Assembly: GCA_036803685.1 (NCBI GenBank)
Contig: DAIRTX010000008.1
Span: forward strand, 2,198 to 66,197
Direction of reading: 5' to 3'
Source of the DNA: Verrucomicrobiota bacterium
GTDB taxonomy: Bacteria > Verrucomicrobiota > Verrucomicrobiia > Limisphaerales > UBA11358
Length of the DNA: 64,000 bases
The translations under genes were made by a program, and so were the position numbers. Below, one piece after another: positions 1 through 9,686 of the stretch. Numbering within the stretch: position 1 is the stretch's first letter; the number at the start of each line of letters is the position of its first letter. The notes under the pieces are model-generated. The model made no database searches. It worked only from the letters and a program-made list of their open reading frames with translations, and was not told the origin of the DNA.

Positions 1-187
1 GGGCTTTTTCCGGATCGCTGATTGAAATCGCCTCCGGCCGGTGTTTGCGCGCCTGTTTGAGCAACAGTTCGGCATTGTTTCCGGCGGCCAGGCCGAGCAG
101 CCGAATGCGATCCGGCAAATCTTCGGCCACCTTGATGGTGCTGGTGCCGATGGAGCCGGTCGAACCGAGTAAAACAACGTTCTTCAT
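1..187 (-). CDS. dxr: 1-deoxy-D-xylulose-5-phosphate reductoisomerase, N-terminal 62 codons only (gene runs off the left edge)
   Basis: Reverse-strand reading from ATG (rc of 185-187) gives [62 protein letters not shown], which is the Dxr NADPH-binding N-terminus (GSTGSIG). It lies downstream of cdsA as in the common cdsA-dxr arrangement. It is absent from the ORF track because there is no stop codon in the window. Confidence 0.8.
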   Translation of the reverse strand, partial: MKNVVLLGSTGSIGTSTIKVAEDLPDRIRLLGLAAGNNAELLLKQARKHRPEAISISDPEKA

Positions 188-194
188 CGGAGGA

Positions 195-265
195 ATGGAG
201 AAATGGAGTATTGGAGTAATGGAGCACTGGAATTCAATACTCCAACACTCCAACACTCCAACATC
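195..265. repeat. REP-like imperfect palindrome (GGAGTATTGGAGTAATGGAG ... CTCCAACACTCCAACACTCC)
   Basis: The inverted arms are visible in the cdsA-dxr intergenic region. A related GGAGTATTGG...CCATTACTCC motif recurs at about 49940-50010. Confidence 0.55.
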
Positions 266-305
266 CCGGTTTCGGGGCGCCTCAGAATTTCGCTGCGTTC
301 ATTTC

Positions 306-1220
306 TCATGGATGCGTGAGAATATGCCGCAAATACAGATACATGATCGGCGCATTGAACAGCAAACTGTCCAGCAAGTCGAGAATGCCGCCAATGCCGG
401 GAAACAGCCGCCCGGAATCCTTCACCCCGGCTTCGCGTTTGAACAGCGATTCAATCAAATCACCGATGACCGCCGTCAGACTCAGCAAAACGCCGAGCAC
501 AACGGCGTGCAGCGGGTTCATGCCCGCCATTTTATCGCCAAAAAAATGCACAAAGACGAGGCTCGCCACGGTCGAAAGGAAAATTGCGCCGCCAAAGCCC
601 TCCCACGTTTTGCCGGGGCTGATGCGTGGAATCATTTTATGTCTGCCGATGAGCGAGCCGACGGCATACGCGCCGGTGTCGCTGAATTTCGTCACGAGGA
701 CGAAGTAAAGGACGTAAAACCTGCCGTCCACCCCGGGGAAAAAATTGATTTTCTGGATGAAGTTCAACAGCCACGGCACATACATCAGGCCAAACAAGGT
801 CGTGGAGATCGCCAGAATGCCCGCCGTGTTGCTGCGCGAAACAAATTGCCGCACGCACAAACCGAGCACGAACAAGATGAGGAAACCCGTTTCAAAATCG
901 TTCGCGCGCGACGGCGAATCGTAAATGCCGAGATGTCCGGTCAAATGCAAAAACGTGCCCACCATGAGCAACACACCACCGAGCAGACCGCACCATTTGA
1001 AGCAGACAAGATTGCGCCTTTCAACGAGTCCGTAAAATTCCGCCAGTCCGGCCGTCGCGAGAAATATCATGATGAGAATGAAAACGCCGTCGGAAATCAG
1101 CCGGTTGCTGGAGAACAAAGCCGCGAGAATCACCGTCCAGAGAATCACCGTGGTGATCAACCGGCGGAGAAACACTCGTGCCTTCGAGGGCGTTTGGGCC
1201 ACAACAGCCGTGTCGGACAT
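306..1220 (-). CDS. cdsA: phosphatidate cytidylyltransferase
   Basis: A 304-aa polytopic membrane ORF with the CdsA C-terminal signature SDTGAYAVGSLIGRHKM...ISPGKTWEG...GDLIESLFKREAGVKDSG..FPGIGGILD. Confidence 0.9.
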   Translation of the reverse strand: MSDTAVVAQTPSKARVFLRRLITTVILWTVILAALFSSNRLISDGVFILIMIFLATAGLAEFYGLVERRNLVCFKWCGLLGGVLLMVGTFLHLTGHLGIYDSPSRANDFETGFLILFVLGLCVRQFVSRSNTAGILAISTTLFGLMYVPWLLNFIQKINFFPGVDGRFYVLYFVLVTKFSDTGAYAVGSLIGRHKMIPRISPGKTWEGFGGAIFLSTVASLVFVHFFGDKMAGMNPLHAVVLGVLLSLTAVIGDLIESLFKREAGVKDSGRLFPGIGGILDLLDSLLFNAPIMYLYLRHILTHP

Positions 1221-1613
1221 GCGCCCGGAAAATAGCAGGGGCGACAGGAATTGCCAACACCGACTTCAGTCGCGTGTTCGTGTTCCGCCGGACGGAACGG
1301 AGTTCTCAATTGGCCGGCTGGATTCATCCGGGCGCATCTTGCGGGCGTGTTGCCCAAAAGGAACGGAGCGCGGGTGTCTGGCCGCAGCCGCCCGGATTGC
1401 CGGCCTTGGGAGCGCCGACGTCTCGTCGGCGGGTTGGAATTGTCTGTCGCAACGCAGCGAGCCGGCGGGACGTCAGTCGTCGCGTGGCTTTGACCCGACA
1501 AGCCAGCGCTCCCAAGAGGTGGAAGAATGGTGGCGGTGTCGAAGTGCGCCCGGCTTACTTAACGGTTGCGCGCGGCGATCATTTTGGCGAAGCTATTTGC
1601 GGCTGACGTGGTT

Positions 1614-1689
1614 GGGGTCGTAGCTCAGTTGGTAGAGCGTCTCGTTCGCAATGAGAAGGTCGCAGGTTCGATTCCTGTCGGCTCCACCA
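1614..1689 (+). tRNA. tRNA-Ala (anticodon CGC), CCA encoded
   Basis: A hand-folded cloverleaf: acceptor GGGGTCG/CGGCTCC with the G3:U70 alanine identity pair, D-arm GCTCAGTTGGTAGAGC, anticodon loop TTCGCAA, T-arm GCAGGTTCGATTCCTGT, and 3' ACCA. Confidence 0.95.
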
Positions 1690-1830
1690 TCCTACGCTCG
1701 GAACCGATGCTTGGAGGTTCCGAGCGTAGGATGGTGTCCTCCGTAGCCCCCGTCCTTCATAGCTTTAGCGACGGAGGATGGCGAAGGAGGACTTTTCGCC
1801 ATAAGTTCCGAGCTACGGATGGCAGGCCAG
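1686..1830. repeat. Composite REP/BIME-like element starting at the ACCA end of tRNA-Ala
   Basis: A 19-bp stem, ACCATCCTACGCTCGGAAC (1686-1704) against GTTCCGAGCGTAGGATGGT (1717-1735), followed by smaller hairpins. A 51-nt module at 1780-1830 is found as a perfect reverse complement at 4108-4158. Confidence 0.8.
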
Positions 1831-1971
1831 TTGATTTGGCAGCGCAGCGGAGAGCGAAGACTGCCGCGCCGTATCGGAGCGAAGGCGGGTTATAAACTGT
1901 CGAATGGATTCAAACTTTGAAGCAAGGATGACGGAAGAACACATGATTCGTCTGAATAAATTCATTAAGCC

Positions 1972-2763
1972 ATGAAAATGCTGTTGAAAGACAAATGGGT
2001 TTTAATCACCGGCGCGTCGAGTGGATTTGGCGCGGCGGCGGCACGGGCGTTCGGCGTGGAAGGCGCAAAACTTTTGCTCGGCGCGCGCCGCGTTGACCGT
2101 TTGGAAAAAGTCGCCGCCGAGGCGCGCCAAGCCGGCGCACTGGAGGCGCATTTTCACGAATTGGACGTGACCAAAACGCCGAGCGTCGAAACGTTCGTCG
2201 CCTGGGCGTGGGGGAAAATGGACGGACAAAAGGATTTGCACATTTTGATCAACAACGCCGGCGGCGCACACGGTCTGGACACCGTCGCCGGGGGCAGGGA
2301 CGCGGATTGGGAGGCTATGATTCAAACGAACGTCCTCGGTATCTTGCGCGTGACGCGCGCGGCGCTGCCGCTCATGCCGCACGACGCAGGCGCGAGCATC
2401 ATCAACATCGGCTCGGTTGCCGGCCACACGGCTTACGAAGGCGGCGCAGTGTATTGCGCGGCAAAAGCGGGTGAGTTGCAAATCACCCGCGCGTTGCGAA
2501 TGGAATTAAACGGCACCGGCATTCGCGTTGGCACGGTTGATCCCGGCCTGGCCGAAACGGAATTTTCGCTCGTGCGTTTCAAGGGCAACGCCAAACGCGC
2601 GGAAAATGTTTACGAGGGTATGAATCCCCTGACGGCGGAAGACATCGCGGAAATTTTGGTCTGGGTCGCCAGCCGCCCGCCGCACGTGAACATTGACGAA
2701 CTGCTCGTCAAGCCGGTTGACCAGGCGGCGATGCACAAAATTTACCGGCGCAAGGCAGGGTAA
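1972..2763 (+). CDS. SDR family NAD(P)-dependent oxidoreductase (YdfG-like)
   Basis: 263 aa, with the TGASSGFG Rossmann motif, NNAG, and the catalytic YCAAK. Confidence 0.85.
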   Translation: MKMLLKDKWVLITGASSGFGAAAARAFGVEGAKLLLGARRVDRLEKVAAEARQAGALEAHFHELDVTKTPSVETFVAWAWGKMDGQKDLHILINNAGGAHGLDTVAGGRDADWEAMIQTNVLGILRVTRAALPLMPHDAGASIINIGSVAGHTAYEGGAVYCAAKAGELQITRALRMELNGTGIRVGTVDPGLAETEFSLVRFKGNAKRAENVYEGMNPLTAEDIAEILVWVASRPPHVNIDELLVKPVDQAAMHKIYRRKAG

Positions 2764-2766
2764 TTT

Positions 2767-3933
2767 TCAAATTCCGCGATTCGCGCGCCAGAGCAGCACT
2801 GCGCCGACGGCTTGAAAGATAAGATTCGGCAGCCAGAGAATTAAATGCGGCACCAGCTCAGGCCGCGCCGACAATTGTCCGGCGGCGATGATGAAGCTGT
2901 AATAAACCAGCACGAGCAAAAGCGCGATGGCGACGCCAATGTTCGTCTCGCGCCGGTGCATGCGGATGCCGAGAGGAATCCCGACGAGCGTGAAGCCAAA
3001 ACACGCAAACGAAAACGAGATCTCCCGGTTCATCTCCACGCGAATCGGCTCGGTCAAATCGTTTCGCTGTCTGGCAAATTCACGGGCTTGTGCGCGCAAT
3101 TCATCGGATGTCAGGGTGGCCTCTGGCGGCAGGCCGATTCGCCGCTCCAAATCGCGCAGTTCGTCCCGCAATTGCCAGAACGTCATGTCACTGATTTTGG
3201 TTTTGCCCAGCCGGTTCGTCGCCGTGTTCAGGTCGAAATTCAATGTCAATTCCGGGGATGCGGTGATTCCCACACGTGGTCCGGTTAACGTCACGCTGCG
3301 AGCGTCGAACAAGTGCAAAATCAGTTGTTTGTTCGTCACGTCGGTTTCGAACCGGCCACGCGGCGCGCGCAAAGTTGTTCCCACGTTGGTCTCATTTTCG
3401 AGCTTGAAGATCATCACGCCTTGCAAATTGCCGCCTCGATTTTTTTCCGTGTAAAAAATGTAACCCGGAAAATCGCGAATGAACCGGCCTTCCGGCAATT
3501 GGGCGTTCACCAGTTCAGCCCGGACCTGGAAAAGCAAATTCTTGTAAGCCACCCGGGAACGCGGGCCGAGGTCCGTGTTGATCCAGGCGCTGAGACCGCA
3601 GCAGAAAAGACTTAACAACAAAATGGGCGTGATGAGCGAAAGCAGGCTGACGCCGCTTGCACGCGCGGCGGTGAGCTCCTGATCCGCGCTGAAACGGCCG
3701 AACACCAGCAGCGTCGCCGTCAGCAAACCCATGGGCAGCGCAAAGACCCATACAAAAGGAATCAACAGGCTGATGGCCTGGAAGATAATGCCGGGACGCG
3801 CCTGGCCGTTGATGAGCAGGTCCAAAATCCCCTTGATGACATTGCCGAGCAACAGCACAAAGGTGAACACTGTCACCGTCAGCACCAACGAGGCGAGCAC
3901 CTGGCCGGTCAGATATTTGTGCAGCGTTTTCAC
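2767..3933 (-). CDS. LptF/LptG family LPS export permease
   Basis: 388 aa. The N-terminus MKTLHKYLTGQVLASLVLTV..., six predicted TM segments and a large periplasmic loop match the YjgP/YjgQ architecture. Confidence 0.75.
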   Translation of the reverse strand: MKTLHKYLTGQVLASLVLTVTVFTFVLLLGNVIKGILDLLINGQARPGIIFQAISLLIPFVWVFALPMGLLTATLLVFGRFSADQELTAARASGVSLLSLITPILLLSLFCCGLSAWINTDLGPRSRVAYKNLLFQVRAELVNAQLPEGRFIRDFPGYIFYTEKNRGGNLQGVMIFKLENETNVGTTLRAPRGRFETDVTNKQLILHLFDARSVTLTGPRVGITASPELTLNFDLNTATNRLGKTKISDMTFWQLRDELRDLERRIGLPPEATLTSDELRAQAREFARQRNDLTEPIRVEMNREISFSFACFGFTLVGIPLGIRMHRRETNIGVAIALLLVLVYYSFIIAAGQLSARPELVPHLILWLPNLIFQAVGAVLLWRANRGI

Positions 3934-4046
3934 ATTATTTTATGCAGATGCTGGCACAATCCTAAAGCCAGAACGCAAAATCCGAAATGCCAAAATGAAG
4001 TGGCTGGCCGAGGCCCACCTACGCACTATGCTTCTGCTTCGGAAGG

Positions 4047-4403
4047 CTGGCCTGCCATCCGTAGCTCGGAACCTCCGGGCGTCGGTTCCAAGCAATATTT
4101 GTCCGGACTGGCCTGCCATCCGTAGCTCGGAACTTATGGCGAAAAGTCCTCCTTCGCCAAGGGGCGTGTTGCTCAAATTTGTAGGGCAGGCTTTCGAGCC
4201 TGCCGGTTGCGAAGTTTTCCAACTTCGCGGACCAAAGCTGACAGTTTGACGGGGAATCCGGGGACTGGAAAGTCCCCAGAACCGGCAGACAGGAATGTCT
4301 GCCCCACATCCGAAGCGGAAATTGATTTGGGCAACACGCCCCAAGGCTACGGAGGACACCATCCTACGCTCCGAGCCTCCAAGAGTCGGTTCCGAGCGTA
4401 GGA
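4047..4403. repeat. Expanded REP/BIME-like hairpin cluster downstream of tRNA-Phe
   Basis: It carries the same tRNA-anchored hairpin and the same 51-nt distal module as at tRNA-Ala. It also has perfect hairpins GGCAGGCT-TTCG-AGCCTGCC (4184-4203), GCGAAGTT-TTCC-AACTTCGC (4209-4228), GGGGACT-GGAA-AGTCCCC and GGCAGACA-GGAA-TGTCTGCC. Confidence 0.8.
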
Positions 4404-4479
<76 letters not shown>

Positions 4480-4635
4480 GACCACAGTCGCGCATTAAAC
4501 CTCGCGTTTGACCCGTTGGCAAGGTGAAACGCGAAGGCGACACGGTCGTGTATCTGTGCGTCGCCGATACAGTTTGTTTTTGGGACATAAAAAAGAACGT
4601 AAAACCGTCAAAAACTTCCCGATTATCAGGCATTT

Positions 4636-5166
4636 TTGAGTTGGTACGCACGATGCTTGGAATCGGACGTGCAGAGAACCGAAGATTCCGACTTGTTGCT
4701 GCTCCTGTCTGGGTCAGAGTATGTCCTCCGTTTTCTCGTTCTCCTTCTGGCTCTGGCTGCGACTTCGGTGTTTGGGCAGGAATCGGTGCTGACTTTGGCG
4801 ATGGTCAGTTACGATCAATCACCGGCACGGACGCCCGCAGTGGCCCGCCATGATTCGGCAACCAGTTCCTTTCGTTACGCTTCCGCTCCCCGTCTCCAGT
4901 CCCGGGTAGCGGTGTTGAAACCCGACAATCAAAACGCCATCGATTTTTCATCCGATTTCCGTCTCGAAAAACAGAGCGGTTCCAATCAGTGCGATTTGTT
5001 TCATTTGGTTCACAAAAAAATGTACGCGAACAGGCGGACGGGCAGTTGGGTGCTTGTCGCAGCCGGATACGGACAAGTTTGTCAGTTTGAATCCGGCATC
5101 AGGAAAAACACAGCGGAATTGCAGCGGCCAGGTTGTGCCTACCTCAAGGCCAGTTTCAGCTTTTGA
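4636..5166 (+). CDS. hypothetical secreted protein (start codon uncertain)
   Basis: The ORF has an internal signal-peptide-like stretch LRFLVLLLALAATSVFGQ and a C-terminal ...YLKASFSF ending in Phe, which is OMP-like. No recognisable domain is present, and the true start may be a TTG near 4708. Confidence 0.3.
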   Translation: MSWYARCLESDVQRTEDSDLLLLLSGSEYVLRFLVLLLALAATSVFGQESVLTLAMVSYDQSPARTPAVARHDSATSSFRYASAPRLQSRVAVLKPDNQNAIDFSSDFRLEKQSGSNQCDLFHLVHKKMYANRRTGSWVLVAAGYGQVCQFESGIRKNTAELQRPGCAYLKASFSF

Positions 5167-5271
5167 TTCTCCGAAATAGTTCCTCCCCAAGCGAGCCGCC
5201 GGTTTCAGCGGGCGCCCGGACTTTGTTTTTCATCGCGCCGGCGGCTCATCCGTGTTAATCAGTTTCCATCC

Positions 5272-6252
5272 GTGGTCAAAATTCTCAACGACAGCGCGCG
5301 CGAATTTCTTAACGCCACCGCCTGGAGCAACGCAGCCTGTGAACCCCTCACCGGCGATGCCTCCGCCCGAAAATATTTCCGCCTGCAAAAGGACAAACAA
5401 AGCGCGGTTTTGATGGATGCCTCATCGGTTCTGGAGAGCGTGGCACCTTTCATCCAGATCAGCCAGCATCTCCATCAGCTCGGTTTCAGTGTGCCGGCCA
5501 TTCTGGCCCGGTCTGACGGGAAAGGCCTGCTGTTGCTGGAAGATTTTGGCGATGCAACCTTTACCCGCCTGCTGGATAACCCATGCGAGCCGGAAAAGCT
5601 TTATACGCTGGCTACCGATGTCTTGATTGCCCTGCACCAGCATCCCCAGGCAACTCCCAAAGATTTGCGGGTGTATCACCCGGAAAAAATGCTGGAAGAT
5701 ATCGGGCTGTTTTTGGAATGGCGCACCCCCATGATTTCAGAAGCAGGCAAGGCGGAATTCAAAACCGTCTGGCGGGAGGTGTTGCCCTTGGCGCATCAGG
5801 TCCCGGCGTCGCTCTTGTTGCGCGATTATCATGTGGCCAATCTGATGTTGCTTCCGAACCGCCAGGGCGTCCGGCAGGCCGGACTCCTTGATTTTCAGGA
5901 TGCGTATCAAGGCCCGATCACGTATGACCTGGTGTCACTGCTGGAAGATGCCCGGCGCGATGTTCCGGAGGAGTTGGGAGAAAAAATGCTGGCCCGGTAT
6001 CTGGCCCGGTCCCCTGCCCTCGACCGGAAGGCTTTTGAAACTTCCCTGGCCATCCTGGCGGCGTTGCGTCACACCCGCGTGCTGGCCATTTTTGAACGGT
6101 TAAGCCAGCACGAGGGAAAGCATGACTATAAGAAACTTTATTCGCCGCGTGTGGAACGCCTGTTGCAAAGGGCCTTGCGCCATCCCATGCTGGCCGGCGT
6201 GAAACGATGGATGGAACGCCATACAGATTTGCAAAAAATAATTTGTAATTAA
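5272..6252 (+). CDS. amgK: aminoglycoside-phosphotransferase-fold kinase, likely N-acetylmuramate/N-acetylglucosamine kinase
   Basis: 326 aa with LTGDASARKYFRL near the N-terminus and the kinase motifs LRDYHVANLM and LLDFQDA. It sits immediately upstream of a MurU-like nucleotidyltransferase, the known AmgK-MurU pairing. Confidence 0.65.
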   Translation: MVKILNDSAREFLNATAWSNAACEPLTGDASARKYFRLQKDKQSAVLMDASSVLESVAPFIQISQHLHQLGFSVPAILARSDGKGLLLLEDFGDATFTRLLDNPCEPEKLYTLATDVLIALHQHPQATPKDLRVYHPEKMLEDIGLFLEWRTPMISEAGKAEFKTVWREVLPLAHQVPASLLLRDYHVANLMLLPNRQGVRQAGLLDFQDAYQGPITYDLVSLLEDARRDVPEELGEKMLARYLARSPALDRKAFETSLAILAALRHTRVLAIFERLSQHEGKHDYKKLYSPRVERLLQRALRHPMLAGVKRWMERHTDLQKIICN

Positions 6253-6257
6253 AACAG

Positions 6258-6345
6258 GTGCCCCTCGCCCCATCCCTCTCCCCGATCGGGCGGGGAGAGG
6301 GTGTCCGACATGTCGCGCCGAAGCGCAGTGGAGGCGGAAGGACGG
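6258..6345. repeat. REP-like hairpin element (CCCTCTCCCCG...CGGGGAGAGGG family)
   Basis: An 11-bp stem at 6274-6284 and 6291-6301. The same family occurs at 19529-19637 and 30447-30555. Confidence 0.7.
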
Positions 6346-6394
6346 GAGAGGGGTTCGTACTCACATTCTGGAAATTTATTCTGGCAACAACTTT

Positions 6395-7111
6395 ATGCAC
6401 GGTAAGATCAAAACAGCCATGGTCCTGGCCGCCGGTTATGGCACGCGGCTGAAGCCGTTGACGGACCGGATGCCCAAACCGCTGGTCCCCGTGGCAGGCA
6501 AACCGATGATTAAATATGCGCTCGACAAGCTGCGGGCGTACGGGATCAAAGAAGTCATCATCAACGTCTCGCACCTCAAGGACCAATTGACCGCTTATGT
6601 CTCCAATTGTCGCGGCCTGACCATCAAAATCTCCGAAGAAACTGAGCCACTGGAAACGGGCGGTGGTTTGAAGAAGGCGCTGCCGTTTTTGGGCAACGAA
6701 CCTGTTTTCACCATCAACAGCGACATCATCTGGCTGGATGAACAGGAAAGTGCGCTGGATCGTCTGACCCGTTATTGGGATGACACCAAAATGGATTTTC
6801 TGCTCCTCACGCAACCCAAAGCAAAAGCCATTGGGCATGACAAGGGCGAAGATCATCTTTTCATCAAACGCGACAATACCTTTGATTGGAACGAGCGGGA
6901 ATCGCCCTACATCATTGCGGGTATTGGCATCATGCATCCCCGCATCTTGATGAATGCACCCGACGGAAAATTCACCGTCAAAATCCTCTGGCACCAGGCC
7001 CTTGCTCAAAATCGTCTCTTCTGCCTGCCGCATCACGGCCAATGGTTCCAAACCGGCACCATCGCGGACATCAAAACCACCGAAAAAAATCTGAAGAGGC
7101 CTGGCGGCTGA
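6395..7111 (+). CDS. murU: nucleotidyltransferase, likely N-acetylmuramate alpha-1-phosphate uridylyltransferase
   Basis: 238 aa with the N-terminal AMVLAAGYGTRLKPLTDRMPKPLVPVAGKPMI sugar-nucleotidyltransferase motif. It is adjacent to the amgK-like kinase. Confidence 0.65.
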   Translation: MHGKIKTAMVLAAGYGTRLKPLTDRMPKPLVPVAGKPMIKYALDKLRAYGIKEVIINVSHLKDQLTAYVSNCRGLTIKISEETEPLETGGGLKKALPFLGNEPVFTINSDIIWLDEQESALDRLTRYWDDTKMDFLLLTQPKAKAIGHDKGEDHLFIKRDNTFDWNERESPYIIAGIGIMHPRILMNAPDGKFTVKILWHQALAQNRLFCLPHHGQWFQTGTIADIKTTEKNLKRPGG

Positions 7112-7119
7112 CTCCCGAA

Positions 7120-8171
7120 AGGGGTCGGTTCTTACAATTGACAATCCGCGCCAACTTGGCCAGTCTTTGATTGTCGTTTGCCAAACACTTATGCCAAGAC
7201 CACTGCGAGTTGAGTTTGCCGGAGCCATCTACCACCTGATGAGCCGGGGAGATCGACGTGAACCGATCTTCTTTGATGATGAGGATCGCAAGACTTTCCT
7301 CCGCACGCTGGGCGAGGCATGCGAAAAGACCGGCTGGCAGGTCCACGCCTATTGCCTGATGGAAAATCATTTCCACTTGGTGGCCGAAACGCCGCAGCCA
7401 AACCTGGTGGCCGGCATGAAATGGTTGCTCGGCACTTACACCGGAGGTTCAATCGCCGACATCAGTTCTTCGGGCATCTTTTCAGCGGACGCTACAAGTC
7501 GTTGGTCGTTGACGAGCGCACGCCGGGCTATCTGCGAACTGCTTGCGATTACGTGCATCTGAATCCGGTGCGGGCAGGGTTGGTCCAGGCGGACGCCCCG
7601 TTGTCAGCTTATCTGTGGAGCAGCTTTCCGCTCTATGTGTCCGTGAAACGCCTTCCGCCCTGGCTGCGCGTGGATCGCTTGCTGGGCGAGCACGGAATTC
7701 AGGAGGATTCTGCCAAGGGTCGCATAGAGTTCCAACGCCGGATGGAACAGCGCCGCAGCGAAGGTGAATCGCCGGAGATGCTGGCCTCCCTGCGCCGGGG
7801 ATGGCGTTTGGGCGCGGCGGATTTTCTCCAGCGCCTGACGGAGAAGCTCGGGCGTCGCGGCCAACCACACGAACTGGCTCGCGAACGGCGCGAGACGGAC
7901 ACGGAGCGCGCCGACCAGATCGTCCAGCAAGGCCTGCAAGAAGTGGGATGGTCTGAAGCGGACTTGGACCGTCACCCCAAGGGCCATCCTCACAAGGTCG
8001 CTGTTGCACACAAGCTCCGGCGCGAAACCCCGATGACACGCGACTGGATTGCCAAGCGATTGCGCATCGGCAGTGCCAGCTACGTGTCGCACCTGCTAGC
8101 GAGGCCGTGATCGAGGTTCGCTGACTCCTTCATGCGAGAGCGGCGATTGTCAATTGTAAGAACCGACCCCT
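7120..8171 (+). mobile_element. HUH/Y1 transposase (RAYT/IS200-like) unit bounded by perfect 27-bp inverted repeats
   Basis: AGGGGTCGGTTCTTACAATTGACAATC at 7120-7146 has its exact reverse complement at 8145-8171. The repeats flank a single frameshifted transposase-like gene. Confidence 0.7.
7191..8110 (+). pseudogene. IS200/RAYT-like HUH tyrosine transposase with DnaA-C-like HTH tail, interrupted by one frameshift near 7443-7445
   Basis: Frame 3 gives MPRPLRVEFAGAIYHLMSRGDRREPIF...HAYCLMENHFHLVAET (HUH motif)...LLGTYT. The protein then continues in frame 2 as RRFNRRHQFFGHLFSGRYKSLVV...CDYVHLNPVRAG (Tyr motif)...ETPMTRDWIAKRLRIGSASYVSHLL. Two nucleotides stand where one codon is expected between GTYT and RFNRRH. 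Confidence 0.75.
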
Positions 8172-8560
8172 AGACGTCGGCATTGGGTTACATGCGCCGT
8201 TGGCGTTATCATGCCGATTCGGAAATCGGCTCTCCAAGTGTAACTGTCGGGGTTGGCGGCAGTGCCGGGATGCGTCCTGTGGACTGTTCGTGCGCAGAAA
8301 CCATTTGATCCGGTAATAAGAGTAGGATAGTATCCGCTCGAAACCTAATAAGTGGGGTGAATCGTTGACACAAGGCATGGCATCGGGAAGTGCCGTAACG
8401 ACGCCACGCAGATGGCCTTGCGATTCCTGAAATCGGCTATGAAACCAAATTGCCAGTCCACACTGGCGGGGAGCCAGCCATGAGCGCGGCCAAGGCGTAT
8501 TCACTTGCCAAGACCGACTCACCGGCCACTCATAAGTTGCGATGCCCTTTGGGCGCGGCG

Positions 8561-8869
8561 ATGTTTTCCGACCAGGCATGGGAAGAAATTGCCCGCAGCT
8601 TGAAACTCTCCAGTCGCGAACTGCAAATCGTGCGCAAGGTGTTTGACGATTACACCGAATTCGCCATCGCCAACAATCTCAACGTCTCGCCCCACACCGT
8701 CCACACGCACTGCGAACGCCTGTATCACAAGCTGGCGGTAACCGACCGGGTGAAACTGGTCCTGCGTGTCATGGATGAATTTCTGGCGCTGACGGTCGCG
8801 TCGGAAACCGTCCTGCCTCCCATCTGTGCCAACCGGGTTGCCGGCCGTTGTCCCTTGCGCCGCAATTAA
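8561..8869 (+). CDS. LuxR/GerE-family HTH transcriptional regulator (start could be 8450 or 8480)
   Basis: The C-terminal region SSRELQIVRKVFDDYTEFAIANNLNVSPHTVHTHCERLYHKLAV is a LuxR-type HTH. The gene is directly upstream of a PEP-CTERM gene. Confidence 0.7.
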   Translation: MFSDQAWEEIARSLKLSSRELQIVRKVFDDYTEFAIANNLNVSPHTVHTHCERLYHKLAVTDRVKLVLRVMDEFLALTVASETVLPPICANRVAGRCPLRRN

Positions 8870-8984
8870 GCGTGGCTTTGGAAGTTCACCTCACCAGCCG
8901 ACGGCTGAACAGCCGACTTTCCAAGCAAATCGTCTAAGGCATAAATTGCCATTGAAATAGAAATTCAAAACAGAAAGGACAACC

Positions 8985-9608
8985 ATGAAAAATACATTAA
9001 GAATTGCAGTACTTGTTTCATTATTCGTGCCCTTGGCCGCACGCGCCCAAGTGCATTGGTTCGTTACTCTCGATGAGAACGGCAACGGCATCGCCTTTAA
9101 CTCGGTCGGCATTACGAATACTTTGAATGGCGTGCTTTTGGCGGACCCCTCCGGCGCGCTAGCTGGTAACGTGCTGGTATACACCCTGCCGTTCAACTTC
9201 CCAGCGGGATCAGTTGGAGATGATCTGCTGCTCGAACCGCCGAACTACGTCGGAGTCTCCGATGTCATTCGTTTCTGGGGGAATAATGCTGGGGGAAATC
9301 AGGTTATTTTCTATTCCGACCTTGACGCTGACCTAGGTGAACCTCCTTATCCGTTGGCCGACACGGGCCTTCCCGGCAGTTACCTCACAATTCCAACATA
9401 TATACCGCCTGCCCAATTGCAGGAGGTTAATATCGGAGGAGGAAATCAAGGCGCCATTCATTCTGCAATCAGCGGCGAACCTGGCATTGGTGCCGGATTG
9501 GGTAACTACACATTCATCAGCGATGTGCCGGAGCCGGGCACACTGGCCCTGGTGGGAGCGGGCCTCGCCGGATTGGCGTTTGGAGCCTATCGTCGCCGCA
9601 GCAAATAA
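8985..9608 (+). CDS. PEP-CTERM sorting-domain secreted protein
   Basis: An N-terminal signal peptide (MKNTLRIAVLVSLFVPLAARA) and the C-terminal VPEPGTLALVGAGLAGLAFGAYRRRSK. Confidence 0.85.
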   Translation: MKNTLRIAVLVSLFVPLAARAQVHWFVTLDENGNGIAFNSVGITNTLNGVLLADPSGALAGNVLVYTLPFNFPAGSVGDDLLLEPPNYVGVSDVIRFWGNNAGGNQVIFYSDLDADLGEPPYPLADTGLPGSYLTIPTYIPPAQLQEVNIGGGNQGAIHSAISGEPGIGAGLGNYTFISDVPEPGTLALVGAGLAGLAFGAYRRRSK

Positions 9609-9645
9609 TCTTTCGTTCCCAACTTGCTCGGTATTTACCGACGAC

Positions 9646-9680
9646 AAAGCCGAACCAGTTTTCTGGTTCGGCTTTTGATT
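9646..9680 (+). terminator. rho-independent terminator after the PEP-CTERM gene
   Basis: A 13-bp perfect stem, AAAGCCGAACCAG (9646-9658) with loop TTTT and CTGGTTCGGCTTT (9663-9675), runs into a T-rich tail. Confidence 0.8.
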
Positions 9681-9686
9681 TGAACT

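Noticed and set aside
45-1235. A 396-aa plus-strand ORF, the longest ORF at the left end.
   Set aside because: It is entirely antisense to the convincing cdsA gene and the dxr start. Its composition is Arg/His/Gln-rich and low in complexity with no motifs, which is typical of a GC-rich shadow ORF.
4047-4403. Considered the hairpin clusters here and at 51040-51300 as possible CRISPR arrays.
   Set aside because: The units are different palindromes and not one direct repeat. There is no regular repeat-spacer periodicity, and no cas genes are in the window.
5918-7228. A 436-aa minus-strand ORF spanning amgK, the REP and murU.
   Set aside because: It is antisense to two well-supported genes and reads straight through an intergenic repeat. 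Its composition is not protein-like.
8130-8579. A 149-aa minus-strand ORF between the transposase unit and the LuxR gene.
   Set aside because: It starts inside the LuxR upstream region and runs through the right 27-bp inverted repeat. It has no motifs and a Trp/Arg/Pro-rich composition.
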